The translations under genes and the position numbers were made by a program. Positions 24,401 to 38,716 of a stretch of 64,000 nt of DNA are shown in pieces (within the stretch, counting starts at the first letter, position 1; every line of letters begins with the position of its first letter). Source of the DNA: Vicugna vicugna (lineage: Eukaryota); NCBI GenBank assembly GCA_013265495.1, contig MU058531.1, forward strand, positions 2,976,911 to 3,040,910. Direction: 5' to 3'. Below the pieces are notes generated by a model. It made no database searches, was not told the origin of the DNA, and saw only the letters and a program-made list of their open reading frames with translations.

Positions 24401-27400
24401 TGTGCCTCCTGCTTGGGGCTCCAGGAGAGTCAGCTACTAGCCCCACCCACCTCCATGACATTTCATCCAAGACCCCTTTGCAGTATTTACTCGGTGGTCC
24501 CATAGTCATCTATGTTTTGTGAGTTTCCCTTTAGGACGGGGACAATATATCATTTTCTGTGGTGTCCTCGACAACTGGCAGAGTGCCTGTCAGTGCTTTT
24601 GAATGGAAAGAAGGCAAGATGGATGGGGTAAGATGGAAACCTGAGCTTTGAGGGGCAATGGTGATTTAGCCAAATGCCACAAGGGGGCAGCGTAGAGCAG
24701 CTTTTCGAGGCCTCCGCAGACTCTTGCCGCCAGACCCTGGGTCTGCAGCATTGGGCCTCACCAGCCATGGGAGCCTGCCTCTCTCCCTTTGGCCCACTGA
24801 GCACTTCTGCTGCCTCATCTGCAGAATGGGGGACTGTACCACCTGCCCTGGCTAGCTGTCCTCAGGAAGAGAGACGAGCACGGACGTGAAAAGGTTTTGT
24901 GTTTTGGAGGTCTTTGCCGGTGTAAATCCTGGCATCCTTGTTATTGCCATGGTGTGGGCTTGTGCTCCTGGACTGAGTTCTCCTGGAGGCCTAGAGCAGA
25001 AGTTCCTGGACTTTGGGACCTCACAGGTTAGGATATTTTTTCTCTTATAAATCACAATTAGTCCCTTATAAATCACACTAAATCACACACAGAAAAAAGG
25101 GTTTTTTTTTACATAGGGTTGTTTCTTTTTTTACTCTGTCCAAAAAGAAAAAGTTTAACCAAAAAGTCTACAGAACATAATCTTACAATAATAGTGGATG
25201 TATTTAGCCTCGTGAAAAACTATGTGGTCTGTATTTTTCTTGTTTCACTTCAGACCAGTGGAAAGTGAAGCAAGGCCAGGCTTCTGGGAGCCCCTGCTGG
25301 AGAGCGTGTGTGGTTGGGTGTGTCTCCCACTTTACAGCTAAGCCCTGGGCAACTAAGAGGTGCACTAAATACACCACGAGGCAGCCGTGTGCACTGGGGG
25401 AGCTGAAGGACAGAACAGGAAAATAATGTTCCAGGAAATTTTTTAAATGCTTATTGCAAAACAGTGGGTGCACCCTGATCCACAGTTTGTAAAGTAATCA
25501 TTATGTCTACAGACAGCCTCAGATGCACAGAGAGAAAACACTCACTACACAGCAAAATCCCACAGGGTTATCTCTGCCTGGAAGAATGATGGTGAATTTA
25601 TCTTCTCTGAGTTATTTCTTGTATTTTCCAAACCTTCCTGTTTTATAATAAGAAACATAGAACGAATAAAGAAGTAAAAAAATGAAACAGTGATGCAAGA
25701 GGAATCTTGCAATATACTGTGTAAGACCTTGGCCGATGGTCTTCCTGGGACACGCAGAGTTCCAGTGAATCTGCATCTCGGATTGCAGAAGGCTCCTTTG
25801 GGCTTGTACTGGTGTCACCACCCCCACAACTCTTCATATTTCCAGGGCTGGGCCTGGTGCCTTGCTGGCGGTAAGTGCTCCATCAGTGCCTGCTGAGCGG
25901 ACTGCTTACCTTACTAGGCTGGCCAGTCTGGCTCCTTCCTGGTTAGGAAAGGGTCCCACCCTCTTTGTCTGCCTCAGGAGACCAAATGTAGTCACACCAG
26001 GACTCCACTAATAGCCGTCAGGCCTGGCCGTCAGCTCTTTGTACATCTCCATCCTCACAGTTGCTCCAAGGCCGACCCCCCGCACCCCTATCTCCTCAGG
26101 CAAGATTCCCTCAACAGTCAGCTTGAGGACATTCCCCAGGCAAATGGTTAGTTTGGTGGGACACATTCTTGCTCTGTCAGTGACCCCGATGTGACACGTA
26201 TGGGGCTGGGTTTGAAGTCTGGAGCAGAAATCACCACCAAGTGGCAGGAAGAGCCAGTGAGCAGGGCCCTTGCTGCACAAACCCACAAACCACGAGGTGG
26301 TTCCCTGCCGGATGCCCATCTGAGGGGCACCCGCAGGGGCTGAAATGCAGCCAGGCTCTTCTCCCCGAACTCAGAGCCTCGGCTGCCTCCACCTTGCCTT
26401 TTCCTAAGTGTCTGCTCAGAGCGGGCCCCTTTTTCTAATGTGTATAAAGCATGGCATGTGCTGGCTGTGGCCGGGCCACTGGATTTTATTTAAACATGCC
26501 TGCCCTGCGTCCCTAGTGTGTGAACACTTCATAGCCAGTGCTGATCGCCACTTGGGCTTAGCTTTTCCTTCCTTCCTTTCTCCCTCCCTCCCTTCCTTTC
26601 TTTTTTTTTTTTTTCAGGCTTAGCTTTTTCATTTTTCACTGTCTACTTAAATTTCTCTCTTTTGGCTGATGGGTGTGACATGAACAGCAGGGGGATTACA
26701 GGCCTGAGGGACCCACGAGCCCTTGCAGTTTCCTGGGAATGGCCTGGTTCTCAGGCCTCCCACTTTGCACTGTTGGAAGGCCCTTCAGTGCCTTGTCTGC
26801 TGGGGAACTCTGCTTGGGCCTCCTTGAAGAAGGAGTTCGAGGTGGTCCTCCCTGCACCCCACTGGCCTGGTTGAGGTGGTTGCCCAGCTGTGAACACTCA
26901 GGGCAATTGGGCCTGGCGTCTGGTCCTGTCTTGATAAGGTGGGAGGAGCAGAGGCAGGAGGGAGATTTAAAATCTTCATGCAGGGGTGAGAGCCCTTTGC
27001 CGTCTGTTCCAGAATAGATCCTCTTTTTGCAAGGAGATGCTCTGATCTCTGCAAGGCCTTATGTGTCAAACTATAGATAGATAGGTAAATCAGTGACCTG
27101 TCGATCACTCACAGAGCGGTTTGGAGAGGAAACAGCGGGCCAGTAAGCATTTTCATACCAACTTATAAAGTTTTTCCAGAGGAGAATTAGGTAAACCACA
27201 CCCAGAAAAGGTCCACTCCTCCCGTCTGGTTAAAAATATAAAATAAGCAGGCGTAGATGTCAACCCTCAATGCAGCTTTCCCTTGAGCTCAGAAACCAGA
27301 CCGTCCATATGTATGCTTGGTGGATCCTCGGCCCCATTTCTACCGCTTTATCTAAGAGTGGGGGAAGGAGCCTGAAGCTAACAGGACTTGACCAGAAGCA

Positions 27401-27719
27401 GTAAATACAGCTCTCGGCGAGGCCCAGTCTGTGGTTTCCTGCCATCTTGTCTCGGAGGAACATGTGAGGTCGATCCACCCTGATGACTCTGCACCTGGTC
27501 CCGTGCACCAAGGGGGTTTTGCAGCTGTGGACCCCTGGGCCACAGCACAAAGCTGTGCCTCCCGTGTGGGTTGGTTCAAGGGGCTACAGAGCTTGCGGTG
27601 GAACTCCCACCCGGAAAACCATTGCATTTCTGGCTTTTGCTGTAAGGTGGGACATCACAACAGAAAGCAACAGTAAGCGGTGAAGTCGGCTGAGGCCCCA
27701 AAGGGCACAGCCCCTAGTA

Positions 27720-27945
27720 CAGAGTTTCTCATCATTGGCATTTGGGGCTGGACGATTCTTTGTTGTGGGCTGCCTTGTGCATTGCAGGAGGTTTGGCAAC
27801 ATCCCTGGCCGCTCCCCTACCCACTGGGCACCAGTAGCAACCCCCTAGTGTGACAACCAAAGAGGTCTCCAGACATTACCAAATGTCTTTGCGGTGGGGT
27901 GTCTGTCTGTGTGTAACCACCCCCCCCAGCAAAGAAGCACTGCTT
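27720..27945. mobile_element. MER20 (hAT-Charlie) DNA transposon
   Basis: ttctttgttgtgggctg...tgtgcattgcaggaggtttggcaacatccctgg...gtgacaaccaaagaggtctccagacatt, characteristic of MER20. Confidence 0.75.
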
Positions 27946-28400
27946 TAGTGATTGAGAGCAGGCAGACTGCTCAGATTCAAATTCCAATGCCTGTGACTTA
28001 TAGGAGCACTGAATGAGTATAAAAAAAAAAAGACATAAAAGTAGGCTGTCCACATAATTTATCCTCCAAACCAGGCAATTTGAGAGTGGAAGAGTGTTCT
28101 AATAATAATCTCCAAACCCGAGACGGTCTCAGCAAACAGGGATGTGTGGTCAGCCCTTAAGTCCATACACAGTGTGGACTGACCCAGTGTCCCCTGGATG
28201 ACTGCTGTGCTAAGTGCATTACAGGCAGGAACCTCATTTAACGCCCCCAATCCTGTGAGATTGGTATTAATATTATACCCTTTTGATATATAGGAAGACT
28301 GAAACACTTCAAGCTTTACAATAACTTGCCCAAGGTCACCCAGTGAGCTGTACAGTCAGGATGCTGGTCCTAGCGGGTGAGTTTCCAAGCCTGTGTTCTT

Positions 28401-29111
28401 TTTTAAAATTGAAAAAAATTTTTATTGAAGTATAGTTGATTTACAATACTGTGTTAGTTTCTGGTGTACAGCAAAGAATTCAGTTATACATATATATGCA
28501 CATATTCTTTTATATATTCTTTTCCATTATGGTTTATTACAGGATATTGAGTATAGTTCCCTGTGCTATACAGTAGGACCTTTATCTATTGTTGTTTATG
28601 TATTTTGTATATAGTAGTTTGTATCTGTGAATCCCAAACTCCTAATTTCTCTCTCCCCCCTCCTCTTTCCCCTTGGATAACCATAAGTTTGTTTGCTATG
28701 TCTGTGAGTCTCTTTCTGTTGTGTAAATAAGTTCATTTGTGTCATATTTTAGATTCCACATATAAGCAACATCATATGATATTTGTCTTTCTTTGACTTA
28801 CTTCACTTAGCATGATAATCTCTACGTCCATCCATGTTATTGCAAACAGCATTAATTTATTCTTTTTATGGCTGAGTAGTATTCCATTGTGTATATATGT
28901 ACCACATTTTCTTTATCCAGTCATCTGTTGATGGACATTTACATTGTTTTCATGTCTTGACTATTGTAAATAGTGCTGCTATGAACATTGGGGTGCAGGT
29001 ATCTTTTTGAATTAGAGTTTTCTCCAGATACATGCCCAGGAGTGTGACTGCTGGCTCATATGGCAACCCTATATTTAGTTTTTAAAGGAACCACCATACT
29101 GTTTTCCATAG
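28401..29111 (-). mobile_element. L1 3' end inserted in a MIR; 17-bp TSD TCCAAGCCTGTGTTCTT
   Basis: TSD copies at 28384-28400 and 29112-29128. Confidence 0.9.
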
Positions 29112-30989
29112 TCCAAGCCTGTGTTCTTGGGGGTCCTAGGAAACACAGGGCTACTCAACATCTATTGAACGCCACATGGACTATTAGCTCTGGATCATTT
29201 GCAGTTTCAACATTAAACCCATTTACAAAACTGGGTTTTCGGGGGTTACTGTGGTGAAAAGCAGCTACAAGAAGATCAATGTGGAGCAGAAGATGAGAGC
29301 GGCAGTGTCCCATGGATTTCCAGTTTTGTAGAGCTCAATAGGTAGATCCAGCCCATTAGGGAGTCATTATTTGAGAAAGAAGCAAAAATTTTATTTTTCA
29401 ATTCATGTTTGTTGTTTTCTCAGATGACTACTAAGTTATAAGGCCATAAAGTCTCATTAGGTCATTTGGACCCAGCTGCTTAATAAATGGAACTATTAGT
29501 GTTTCTTTTGGCCTAGGGGTGCCATGAAATTGATGTGAAAGGAGAAAGTTTGGGAACCTCTGCCCTCACCACTTTGCCATGAGGAGAACTCTGGAGGGAA
29601 CTTGTGATGGAGAAGGCTTTCTAACCCAGAGACCCCACTCTGGTCGTCCACTCGGGAAACCTCTTCCTGTCCCTATGGTGCATGTGTGCTCACACACACA
29701 CACACACACACACACACGCATGCACACACACAGCTCTCCTTTCCCTCACACAAAAACTAATATACTCTGGCCCCAATTAGACAGTTATCAAATCCCACTT
29801 GAGTTCCCTTTATTTCAGTCTCTTGCCCTTTATAACTGTGTCAGGAAGCAAACTGCTTTTCTTTTACTACCTGAATTTAGTCAAGGTTCAAGTTGAAGGT
29901 CTCCCACTGACATGCAACCTGCCCTTCAGGCCAGAAGGTCACATTGTCAGCTCAGACTCCGAATGCCACAATGATAAGAAAACATACAAATGCATCCCTG
30001 GCCTTGAGTCACACAGCACTTCAGGCTGGTGCACCAACTTCTTAGTAAATACACAGAAACAATTACAAGACAGAATGTGCCTGGCAGTATGGCAAAGGGG
30101 AGGAGGGTGAGAGTGTGGGTGGCAGGATGGTGTCTGGCCAGGGAAGTGGTCACTGGGTGTAGGGCCACAAGCACACTTTCATTTTCTAACTACCTAATTT
30201 ACTGTAACAGAAAACTGGGCAACAGGGGTGTAGTGAAAATATCTGGGTGGGGCAGGGGACTGGCTTTTATTACAGGGGCTACTCTGGACAAATCACTTCT
30301 TGCTGTACCTCAGCTTCCTCATCTGTAAGGGGATTGGATTGTTTGGTGCTTCTCAAATTGGGGTACCCAGGGCACATTCACAGCCTGTATGTGCACCTTG
30401 GAGTGTCTTTCTGGGGTACCAATTTTATTCAAGATTTTGGGGAGCCTACTCTTTTTACATGAATACATTTTACATTGTTGCTCAGAATAAAAAATTTACA
30501 TGGATTTTAATTACAATAATTAATAACTGATGACATTTCATGACAATTACTACATGCCAAGTGTGAATCTTTTTATGATCCTCACAATTACCTGATGAGA
30601 TATTATCATCCCCTTTATAGATGAAAAAACTAGGATGCAGAGAGATGAACCAATCTACCCAGTTACATGTTAATAGGCAATGATAAAACAAACAACCCTT
30701 CCCACTCAAAAAAAAGAGATCTCGGCCCATCGCAAGGTGCCTTGGGATTAACCCTCAGGCCCACAGGGCTTCTCGGTGAAGTCTGAACAGCACAGGCCAA
30801 AACGATTTCCAAAGTTCAGTTTTAGCAAAATCAGTGGATTTAAGGGCTTGGCACACCGGGTGCCCCTGGAGGGTGAAGGAGGCTGGGGAGGCCTTGTAGG
30901 ATTTCTGAGGGTTCAAGAGGTAGGGTTTCTGGGCCCCGAGGGTGCTCCACATGGGTCAGAGGGCGTGAGGCCTCTGCCAGAGCTGCGGC

Positions 30990-31860
30990 CTCCCTCCCAA
31001 CCCCGGGTGTTTCCAGCCAGAGTCGCAGGCACTTCCTCGTTCCCGCGCGCCCCAGGCTCAGCTCGAAACGCCCAGCGCCGGCGCTGCTCAGGTGGGAGGG
31101 GGCCAGAGGAGAGATGTCGCAACCGCCTCCCTTCCTCTTTCCCCGCCTAGGCGCTCAGTCACCTCCCAGATGAGTGCACTCGCAGACGGCTGCGGGGCCG
31201 TGGGGAGCCGGGCATGTCCCCTGAGGGCGCGCAGACGGCGGGCACTGAGCCCGCGCGCAGCCTGGAGAGGGCCAACCGCACCCGCTTCGCTTTCTTCTCC
31301 GATGTCAAGGGAGACCACCGGCTGGTGCTGAGCGCCGTGGAGACCGTGGTGCTGGCACTCATCTTTGCGGTGTCGCTGCTGGGCAACGTGAGCGCCTTGG
31401 TGCTGGTGGCGCGCCGACGGCGCCGAGGCACCACCGTCAGCCTGGTGCTCAACCTTTTCTGCGCGGACTTGCTCTTCACTAGCACCATCCCTCCTGTGCT
31501 GGCGGTGCGTTGGACCGAAGCCTGGCTGCTGGGCCCGGTCGCCTGCCACCTGCTCTTCTACGTGATGACCCTGAGCGGCAGCGTCACCATCCTTACGCTG
31601 GCGGCCGTCAGCCTGGAGCGCATGGTGTGCATCGTCCGCCTGCAGCGCGGCGTGCGGGGCCCAGGGCGGCGGGCGCGGGCGGTGTTGCTCGCGCTCATCT
31701 GGGGCTACTCGGCGCTCGCCGCGCTGCCCCTCTGCCTCTTCTTCCGCGTGGTCCCTCAGCGGTTCACCGGCGCCGACCAGGTGAGCGTCGGGCTGTGCGC
31801 GCTGGGCAGGTGTCTGCGGAGGGCTGGCAGGCGGGATCCGACAGAAAGAGTGACCTGGGA
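30990..31860. promoter_or_regulatory. FFAR4: CpG island / GC-rich TATA-less promoter and first exon of FFAR4
   Basis: Dense CpG and high GC content, with GC-box-like motifs (ccccgcc at 31141) upstream of the ATG at 31214. Confidence 0.8.
31214..31780 (+). CDS. FFAR4: FFAR4 (GPR120, long-chain fatty acid receptor) exon 1, aa 1-189 (TM1-TM4; N21 sequon, R99, ERM motif)
   Basis: ORF 31214 reads MSPEGAQTAG...NRTRFAFFSDVKGDHRL...AVRWTEAW...SLERMVCIV; donor CAG|GTGAGC at 31781. Confidence 0.97.
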
Positions 31861-32559
31861 TGATTATTAACAAAAACAACGAAGCAATAATAAGCCATTT
31901 GTTGCGTTTAATCGTCGCCGTACCCGGTTCTGTGAAGTTTTATCTCTTAAATTTCACTGTGACCCTACGATGTAAATTCCGAAAACGCCCTCCAAAACTT
32001 TATGAGTGGAGTCCCCAAAATGCCTGTAAAGCGCTGGCTATTGAGAGGTTAGTGAGGAAACTGGGGCTTCGCAGCCAGACAGAAGGAACTTTGGGGACCC
32101 GGAGTGACTAATCGCATTATTAGTGAATTCTGCTTTTTCGCCGGGTGCTACAGTACCCTTATTATCATACCTATTTACAGATGAGGAAGCTGAGGCACAC
32201 AGAGAGTAACATGCTCAGGGTATCTCTCCCTTAGTGCGAGGAGGAGCTGAGATCGTGCTCAGCAGATTCAGGACGGGCTGGATAAGGGTCCGGCTTTGAG
32301 AACCCGCGGGCATGTGCGTATGCGTGTGGTTTAAGGGCTTTTGAGACCGAGACTCCAGATCCAGTGCTGCCTCTTGGGGGAGTTGTTACTTCCCTTCCCG
32401 GACCCTCAATTTTTCCAACTGCAAGACGGAAGGATTAGACTAGACCACGGCAGTTTACCCTGGGAGTTTTGGATAAAGAGTGGCCTCAGAGCCTCCTGGG
32501 GCCCAGAAATATTCCCAGGATTCCAAAGGCTGAGCCCCTGAGCTTTGTTCTGGGCAGCG

Positions 32560-33150
32560 CGCCCAGAGTTGTCATTAGGATCGTAGCGGAGGTCCATGAT
32601 CTGAAAGAGACTCTGTGGAGGAGGGTTCCTGACATTGGCTCGAGTCGGCTTCAGTCCGGCGGTCGAGAATCGCCGGCTCGGGTCTGTTTCCATCGCTGCC
32701 CTGCCGCGCCGCCGCGGGATTTGAGCGCAGAGGTTCACCCGGGACACCGGACCTGGTTGGCATTGGGTGTTAGGTTCTGTGCGCCTCGCGGGGAAGGCCA
32801 GGAAAAGACAGAGGTCTGTGCGTCCCCTCGCTCGGGGGTCTCCCCGAGGCTGGGTTCTCCGCCCCACCTCTTTCCCTACGGAGGGCGCTGGTTTTCCCGC
32901 CGGGGGCCAAGGGACACGAAAGCTCAACCCTGACCCTAGAAGGGCGTGTGGGGCGTCCCGAGCAAGCCCGGCAGAAATCACAGTTCCCAGAGAGGCCGGC
33001 GCAGTGGCCAGAAGGGCTGGGGGGTAGGGAGGAAGGGGAGAAGGCTCCCAGCTAGGGAGGCAACACAGTCTGGCTGGGGACCCTGCGTGTGTCCTCCAGA
33101 GCACGGACCAGAGGTGGGCTTCTTTGGGCGTTTCCCAGACGGGTCTCTCA
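32560..33150. promoter_or_regulatory. Second CpG-rich segment in FFAR4 intron 1
   Basis: Visible cluster of CpGs and high GC content, separate from the exon 1 island. Confidence 0.5.
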
Positions 33151-36100
33151 CACACAGGCCTTTTATTGGGGAGTGAAGTCTGCATCCTGTGTGGGCAGTG
33201 GGTTTTTTTTTTTCTTTCTCTTTTTAACACAAATCAAAACTAGAAGTCTCTTTTCTAATAGTTTATTTCTTATGTGGAATATATTGTGAGGTGTTTGTTT
33301 TTGTTTTAAGGCCTTGAATGACTAACAGGCAGAAAGCATGTCAGGCCTGTGGTATTTGATCAAAGAACATGTAAGCCTATAGCCAGGTTCCCTTAAGTGA
33401 GGACCAAGAAAGCTGGTATTAGCTGAACTGGTGGGGCGCCATTGGCATGGGCAGACCAAGGACCCTGGCTTAGTGGGCAGGCCTGTCCTCAGTGCAGATA
33501 GACCTAAACTCTCAACGGATCACTTGGTGCTTCTAAAATAAGCAGAAGCCCAGACCTCACCCCAGGCTAATTGGATCAGCTGGGAGCTGGGATTCAGCCA
33601 TCAGTCTTCTTCTTTTTTTTTTTTTAAGTTATTCTCTCACTGTTTCTGAATTGTTCACCTAACTTAAAGGATTCAGCCCCTCCCTCCCATTTTTTTCTTA
33701 CAGAAAAATGACATTCAGGGAATTAAATTAGATCAAATACAACTTCTCTTAAGGGTATCTTTTGTTTCCAGATGTGTATCTTTGTCTCTCCCCCCTTTTA
33801 CAATTGTTTTAGGTACACTCCTACTTAACTAACAAACAACACTAAAAAAATGAGGCTCTTGTTACCTGCCAGCCAAAAGCCCAGACTACAACTGCTTGCT
33901 GACATGGACACGGGGTTGTTGGAGTGGGAAGGCCTTCACACAGATGCAGACCTTCAGAGCCTTGCCATTCTGTGTTTTACACCAGGTAGGGCATCTCTGG
34001 GTAGTTGGAGACCTGCACAACACTTCCAGAATGACCAGAGTTGTATGCAAGGTGCTTCCATGGAGATCTGTGTTAGGGTGGCCTTCCCTCGGTACCCTCC
34101 TTGGGGCTGCACACATAGACCCCCTTCTTGTTTTATGCAGAAACACTTGCTTGATTTTAAGAGCTTTGGAGAGAGATTTGGCCAAAGCCCCTGGGAGAAA
34201 ATGGGTCTGTCCAGCATCTCAGAAGTTTGGGGGCTAGGCAAGCTGGCTGCAGGAACCCCGTTGCTTGAAATTAGTAGATATGAGGCGAGGGAGCTTGTAA
34301 TGAAAAACCAGGACAGTGCTTCCCAGCTCTCCGTCTTCTGTCTTTTCCCCATCTGCCCCCCAACCCCCAACACACACATACATACACCTGCCAGTACGCC
34401 AACAAACAAAACTCCTGGTTCCTCAAGGGCTGTGACTTGAGCATGTAGGAAATATCTTATTTTATAGATGCGCAAACCGGGACTCATTTAAAAAAAAAAA
34501 GAGAGACAGAGAAGGATCCGGTCTAGACTGAACTGAGACTCACATTTAAAATTAGCAAAAGCTTGTTTTCTCAGTTCTCTACTCCCAGCTTCCTGGCTGT
34601 AGATTCTGCCTGCCCCCTCCTACTTGGACACTAAATATGAATGTTTTGGATGGGGGACATTTTCCTGCCCAAAGAGAGAGAACTAACTAAACCCAGGCAC
34701 GTGCTGGCTCCCTCCCCTTAAGGCACACTGGCCAGGGAAGCCATGCCTCTCATAGCCTTCTGGTTATCTGAACCTCCCCACATCCCCAAAAGGAACATAA
34801 TTACCTTTGTCCATTTGGGCAGTGGGTGCCCAGGGGTCCAAGGTGACCAGACTCTCTAAAACTTCTCTGAAGGGAGGATGAAATGATAGACATTCTAGAA
34901 AATGCTAGATAATTCGGTATTAGGAGTCAAATATTCTGAGTTTGAATCCCATCTCTGCCATTTAGGAGCTGAAAAACAAAGACAAGGGATTGCATCTCCC
35001 TATACCTCACTTTCCGAGTTTGCAAAATGCACACAATAATAATATTGACCTTAAAGGATTATCGTGAGGACCAGGGTTCAGTAACTGTGCCAACACCTGG
35101 CACATACACAGTTAAACGCTGAAGAATTGCCAGCTATGATTAGTTTCCTTGTCTTTGGTTATAAATATTTTAAACACTTTTCAAACAGTATGATATGATT
35201 CTTCTGACTGCTGTAAAATAAAAAACTGACATTTTAGGAGGCTGGACCCATCCTAGCAACTTAGACATCCCAGCCAGGTCAGCTCAGCCTGTTCCAATGG
35301 GATTCCTGCCTGTGTATGCTGTGGCGCTGGTGGGGTGTGACCCTCATTGGCAGGTGGGGAGGACTGTCCACCCTGGCCAGAATGTGCTGCCCATTTATTC
35401 TGCAAACATTTACTGAGCACCTCTCCCTCCAGCCCCCACCACGAGTCACATGATGAAGACAGTGTTCTCTTCAAGGAGTAAGTGTACTGATCACGCAGAT
35501 TCTGGTCCCAGATCCTGCCACAATTTAGTCCCCATGGTAACCCCACAAGTAGATGTTTTCAAGTTTATTTTCTGAAGGAGAAGATGCCTGAAGTCACGCA
35601 ACAGGCAAAGGATGAACCAGAATTTAGCCTGGATCCGTCTTTTCCTCCTGGTGCCTCTCCCATGAGTTCATGCTTTGAGGAAAGTGCTTGGGCCCACTGC
35701 TCTGCCCTGCCCTGATTTCATACCAGGCCATTATGCCGTCATGTCTCTACTGAGTGTGGGCTGTCTGAGAAGACAACTGAGTTTGCTTACCTTTATTATG
35801 GTATACTATATAAAAGTCTTTAAGATATAGGAAAGTAAGTTTATCTCTTACATGGATATGTTCTTTCTTTTCTGCTGGGAAGCTGATAGGAGAGGCAATA
35901 TATAGCAAGGATTCCCAGTTCCTTAAAATTACCTTGGAAGTCTTCCATTTTGTTTGAAGAAGTGGGGCAGGAAGAACTATTTACAAAGGGGTCCCTGGGG
36001 TTACTCCAGAAAGAATCATTAGAGAAGCTGATAGGAAACAGCTGGAATTTGTTGGCATCTGCGAAGGAGTCAACTGGTGGGGAGAGGGATCAGTCCCTGA

Positions 36101-38075
36101 GCAGCGCCTGCAGGTAGATTTCCCCATTCACAGGGAGTCTTAGGAAAGATGGCTGACATCACAGCTGAGTGTGAAGATGAGAGGCAGTTAGCCAGGCAGG
36201 GATGTGGGGGACTGGAGGGACATGACAGGAAGAAGAAGTAGCCCACATGTCAGCAAGAGATGGTACTGACAGGGCTGGCAGGAGCCAGCTGGAGAAGGGC
36301 CAGGTACACCCTGTTAGAGCATTTGGACTTACAAGGGGAGAGATGGCCTGGTCTGCAAGGGGGTGGGTCAGTGAGAATGAGATATGTGGTTGGATAGCTT
36401 AACAGACAGAATCCAGAAGTTTCCTCTGAGTGGAGAGGGAGGAAGAAGAAGGCACAAAGCCAATACTCAGGTTTCTGGTATCTTGGGGAATGGTGGCTCC
36501 GTGCCCAGAGTCGGTGATTTCAGGTGGTGGAATCTTTTGGGGTGGGACACTGGAGGCTGGAAGTGCCTGTGAAGCATCCTGTAGAGATGCCCTCAGGGGA
36601 GGAGGAACAGTCTGGGGTTCAGGAGGAGACAGAGCTGAAAAGAGTAGACTGCAGCAGCATCTGAAAAAAGGAGCCATGGAAGTGGATGAGATTGTTACGG
36701 AGAGATGGAGATTGGGATGGGGGCACAAGTCACCCTCAACCATACTTAACACTGTTGTACCTGGCCTCCCACTGACATCCCTTCTGGTCTGGACACTGAG
36801 CTCAGCCTCCCATTCCCCTGGCTGAAGCCCATCCTCCCAGGCACCGCTGACATGACCCCTGCTGGGTGCAGCTACCTGGTGACTCCACTGGCACCATCAC
36901 CTATAGCTCTCTGGGCACTTCCGGCTCGCTGCCCTGTATTGAAGTTTCCTGGTGCTTCTCTCCATCCCTGACTGCACTATGCCTCCTTGAGGGCTGGATT
37001 GAGACTTGCCCGTCCTCACTGTGGCTTCACAGTGGCTCAGCCACCATCACTGGAGTCACAAGCGTCTGTCGTGGGCTCCACCAGCTCTGTTTCTGTAGCT
37101 TAGGAACAAAGCAGGCCCAGCACTTTTGGTTTTCAAATTCCCCTTTTAAAATCAGGAAACATTTCAAATGTGCAGAAACAGTACAGAGAATATTGTAACA
37201 CTCATGCACCAACCTTCCGAATTTGACTCACCCCTGAACTACAAGTCACAGCCCATGAGAATACCTAGAAGCCAAATGACTTAAGTCAAATAGATTTTCC
37301 CACAGAAACAAAATTATAACACCAAGTTAGATCTATGACTGTGGACTTGGTGCCTGCTTTTTAATTTTTAAAAAGATTTTAATGAGAATAAACTTGCATT
37401 TAACCAGTGATACCATACAAAGCTTTCTAAAGAGCATGCGGTTAGTCATTTAGTCTGCACAAGCTGGCCACACTGTCTCCTAGCTCACATATGGGGGTGC
37501 TGGCCAGAGCTCTTCTGTTACTTCCTTACATAGTCCTGCCTGGAGTGAGAGCCACAAATCAAATGGTAAAAGAGCGCCTTCATTAGCGTCACGAAATTTG
37601 GAAGGCTTCCTAGGGTGGGTTCATTGTCTTTGTTGAAAAAATAGCCCATTAGGTTTGCTAAGCTCTCATGGTAATCTGTGTTTGATATTTGATCATCATT
37701 TCTCTTAAAAGTTAATTTTTACTGCCATTTTTCACTCTTATAGAAGTAAGATAGGCACATTATAGAAAATTAAAGAAAATTCAGAGAAGCCAAATGGAAA
37801 AAAATACCTTGAGTCCCATCTAGAAATAGACGCTGTGAATGCTCTGGAGTGTATCTTTCTAGTCTTTTTCCTATCCCTGTGGTAGAGGGGTGTGTGGGCA
37901 GATATCTGTTCAGTCACACTGACACATTTTCTTCAACAATACAGGACTAATACAGGCATATTATTTCAGTATCTATATTTTTGCCTCAGATGCAGAGGGA
38001 ATACCTTCTTCTATTGTTACACATTCTTCTGCAAAATCTTGTTAAGCCTGGAGGGGGTTGGGTAGACATTTGGAG

Positions 38076-38716
38076 CTTTTTTTGTTTTTTAATTGAAGTA
38101 TAGTTGATTTCCACTGTCGTGTTAGTTTCTGGTGTACAGCATAGTGATTCAGTTATACACATATGTATATATTCATTTTCATTATAGGTTATTACACGCT
38201 ATTGAATATAGTTCCCTTTGTTATATAGTAGGACCTATTTTGTCTATAGTAGCTTGTATCTGCTAATCCCAAATTCCTAATTTATCCCTCCCCTGCCTTT
38301 CCCATTTGGTAACCGTAGGTTTGTTTTCTATGCCTGTGAGTCTGTTTCTGTTTTGTAAATAAGTTCATTTGTGTCATTTTTTAAAGATATCATAAATAAG
38401 CAAATCATATGATAAGCATATCTTAATCATATGATATTTGTCTCTCTCTGTCTGACTTACTTCATTTAGTATGATAATCTCTAGGTCCATCCATGTTGCT
38501 GCAAATGACATTATTTTATTCTTTTTTGTGGCTGAGTAGTATTTTATTATATATATTATATGTATATGAATGATGCTATGGATAGTGATATATATATACA
38601 TATCACATCTTCTTTACCCAGTCATCCTCCGATGACATTTAAGTTGTTCTATGTCTTGACTATTGTAAATAGTGCTGCTGGGAACATTAGAGAGCATGTG
38701 TCTTTTTGAATTAGAG
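38076..38716 (-). mobile_element. L1 3' end; 7-bp TSD TTTGGAG
   Basis: TSD copies at 38069-38075 and 38717-38723; ORF 38374-38601 contains the L1 ORF2 C-terminus YYSATKKNKIMSFAATWMDLEIIILNEVSQ. Confidence 0.88.

Noticed and set aside
31088..31879. 263-aa minus-strand ORF
   Set aside because: Antisense shadow of the GC-rich FFAR4 exon 1; no recognisable protein features.
32406..33230. 274-aa minus-strand ORF and overlapping 154-aa plus-strand ORF
   Set aside because: Stop-poor GC-rich intronic sequence with a Pro/Arg/Ala-biased translation, non-ATG starts and no exon structure.
33850..34487. 196-aa and 177-aa overlapping ORFs in FFAR4 intron 1
   Set aside because: No recognisable homology or motif; open on both strands, consistent with chance.
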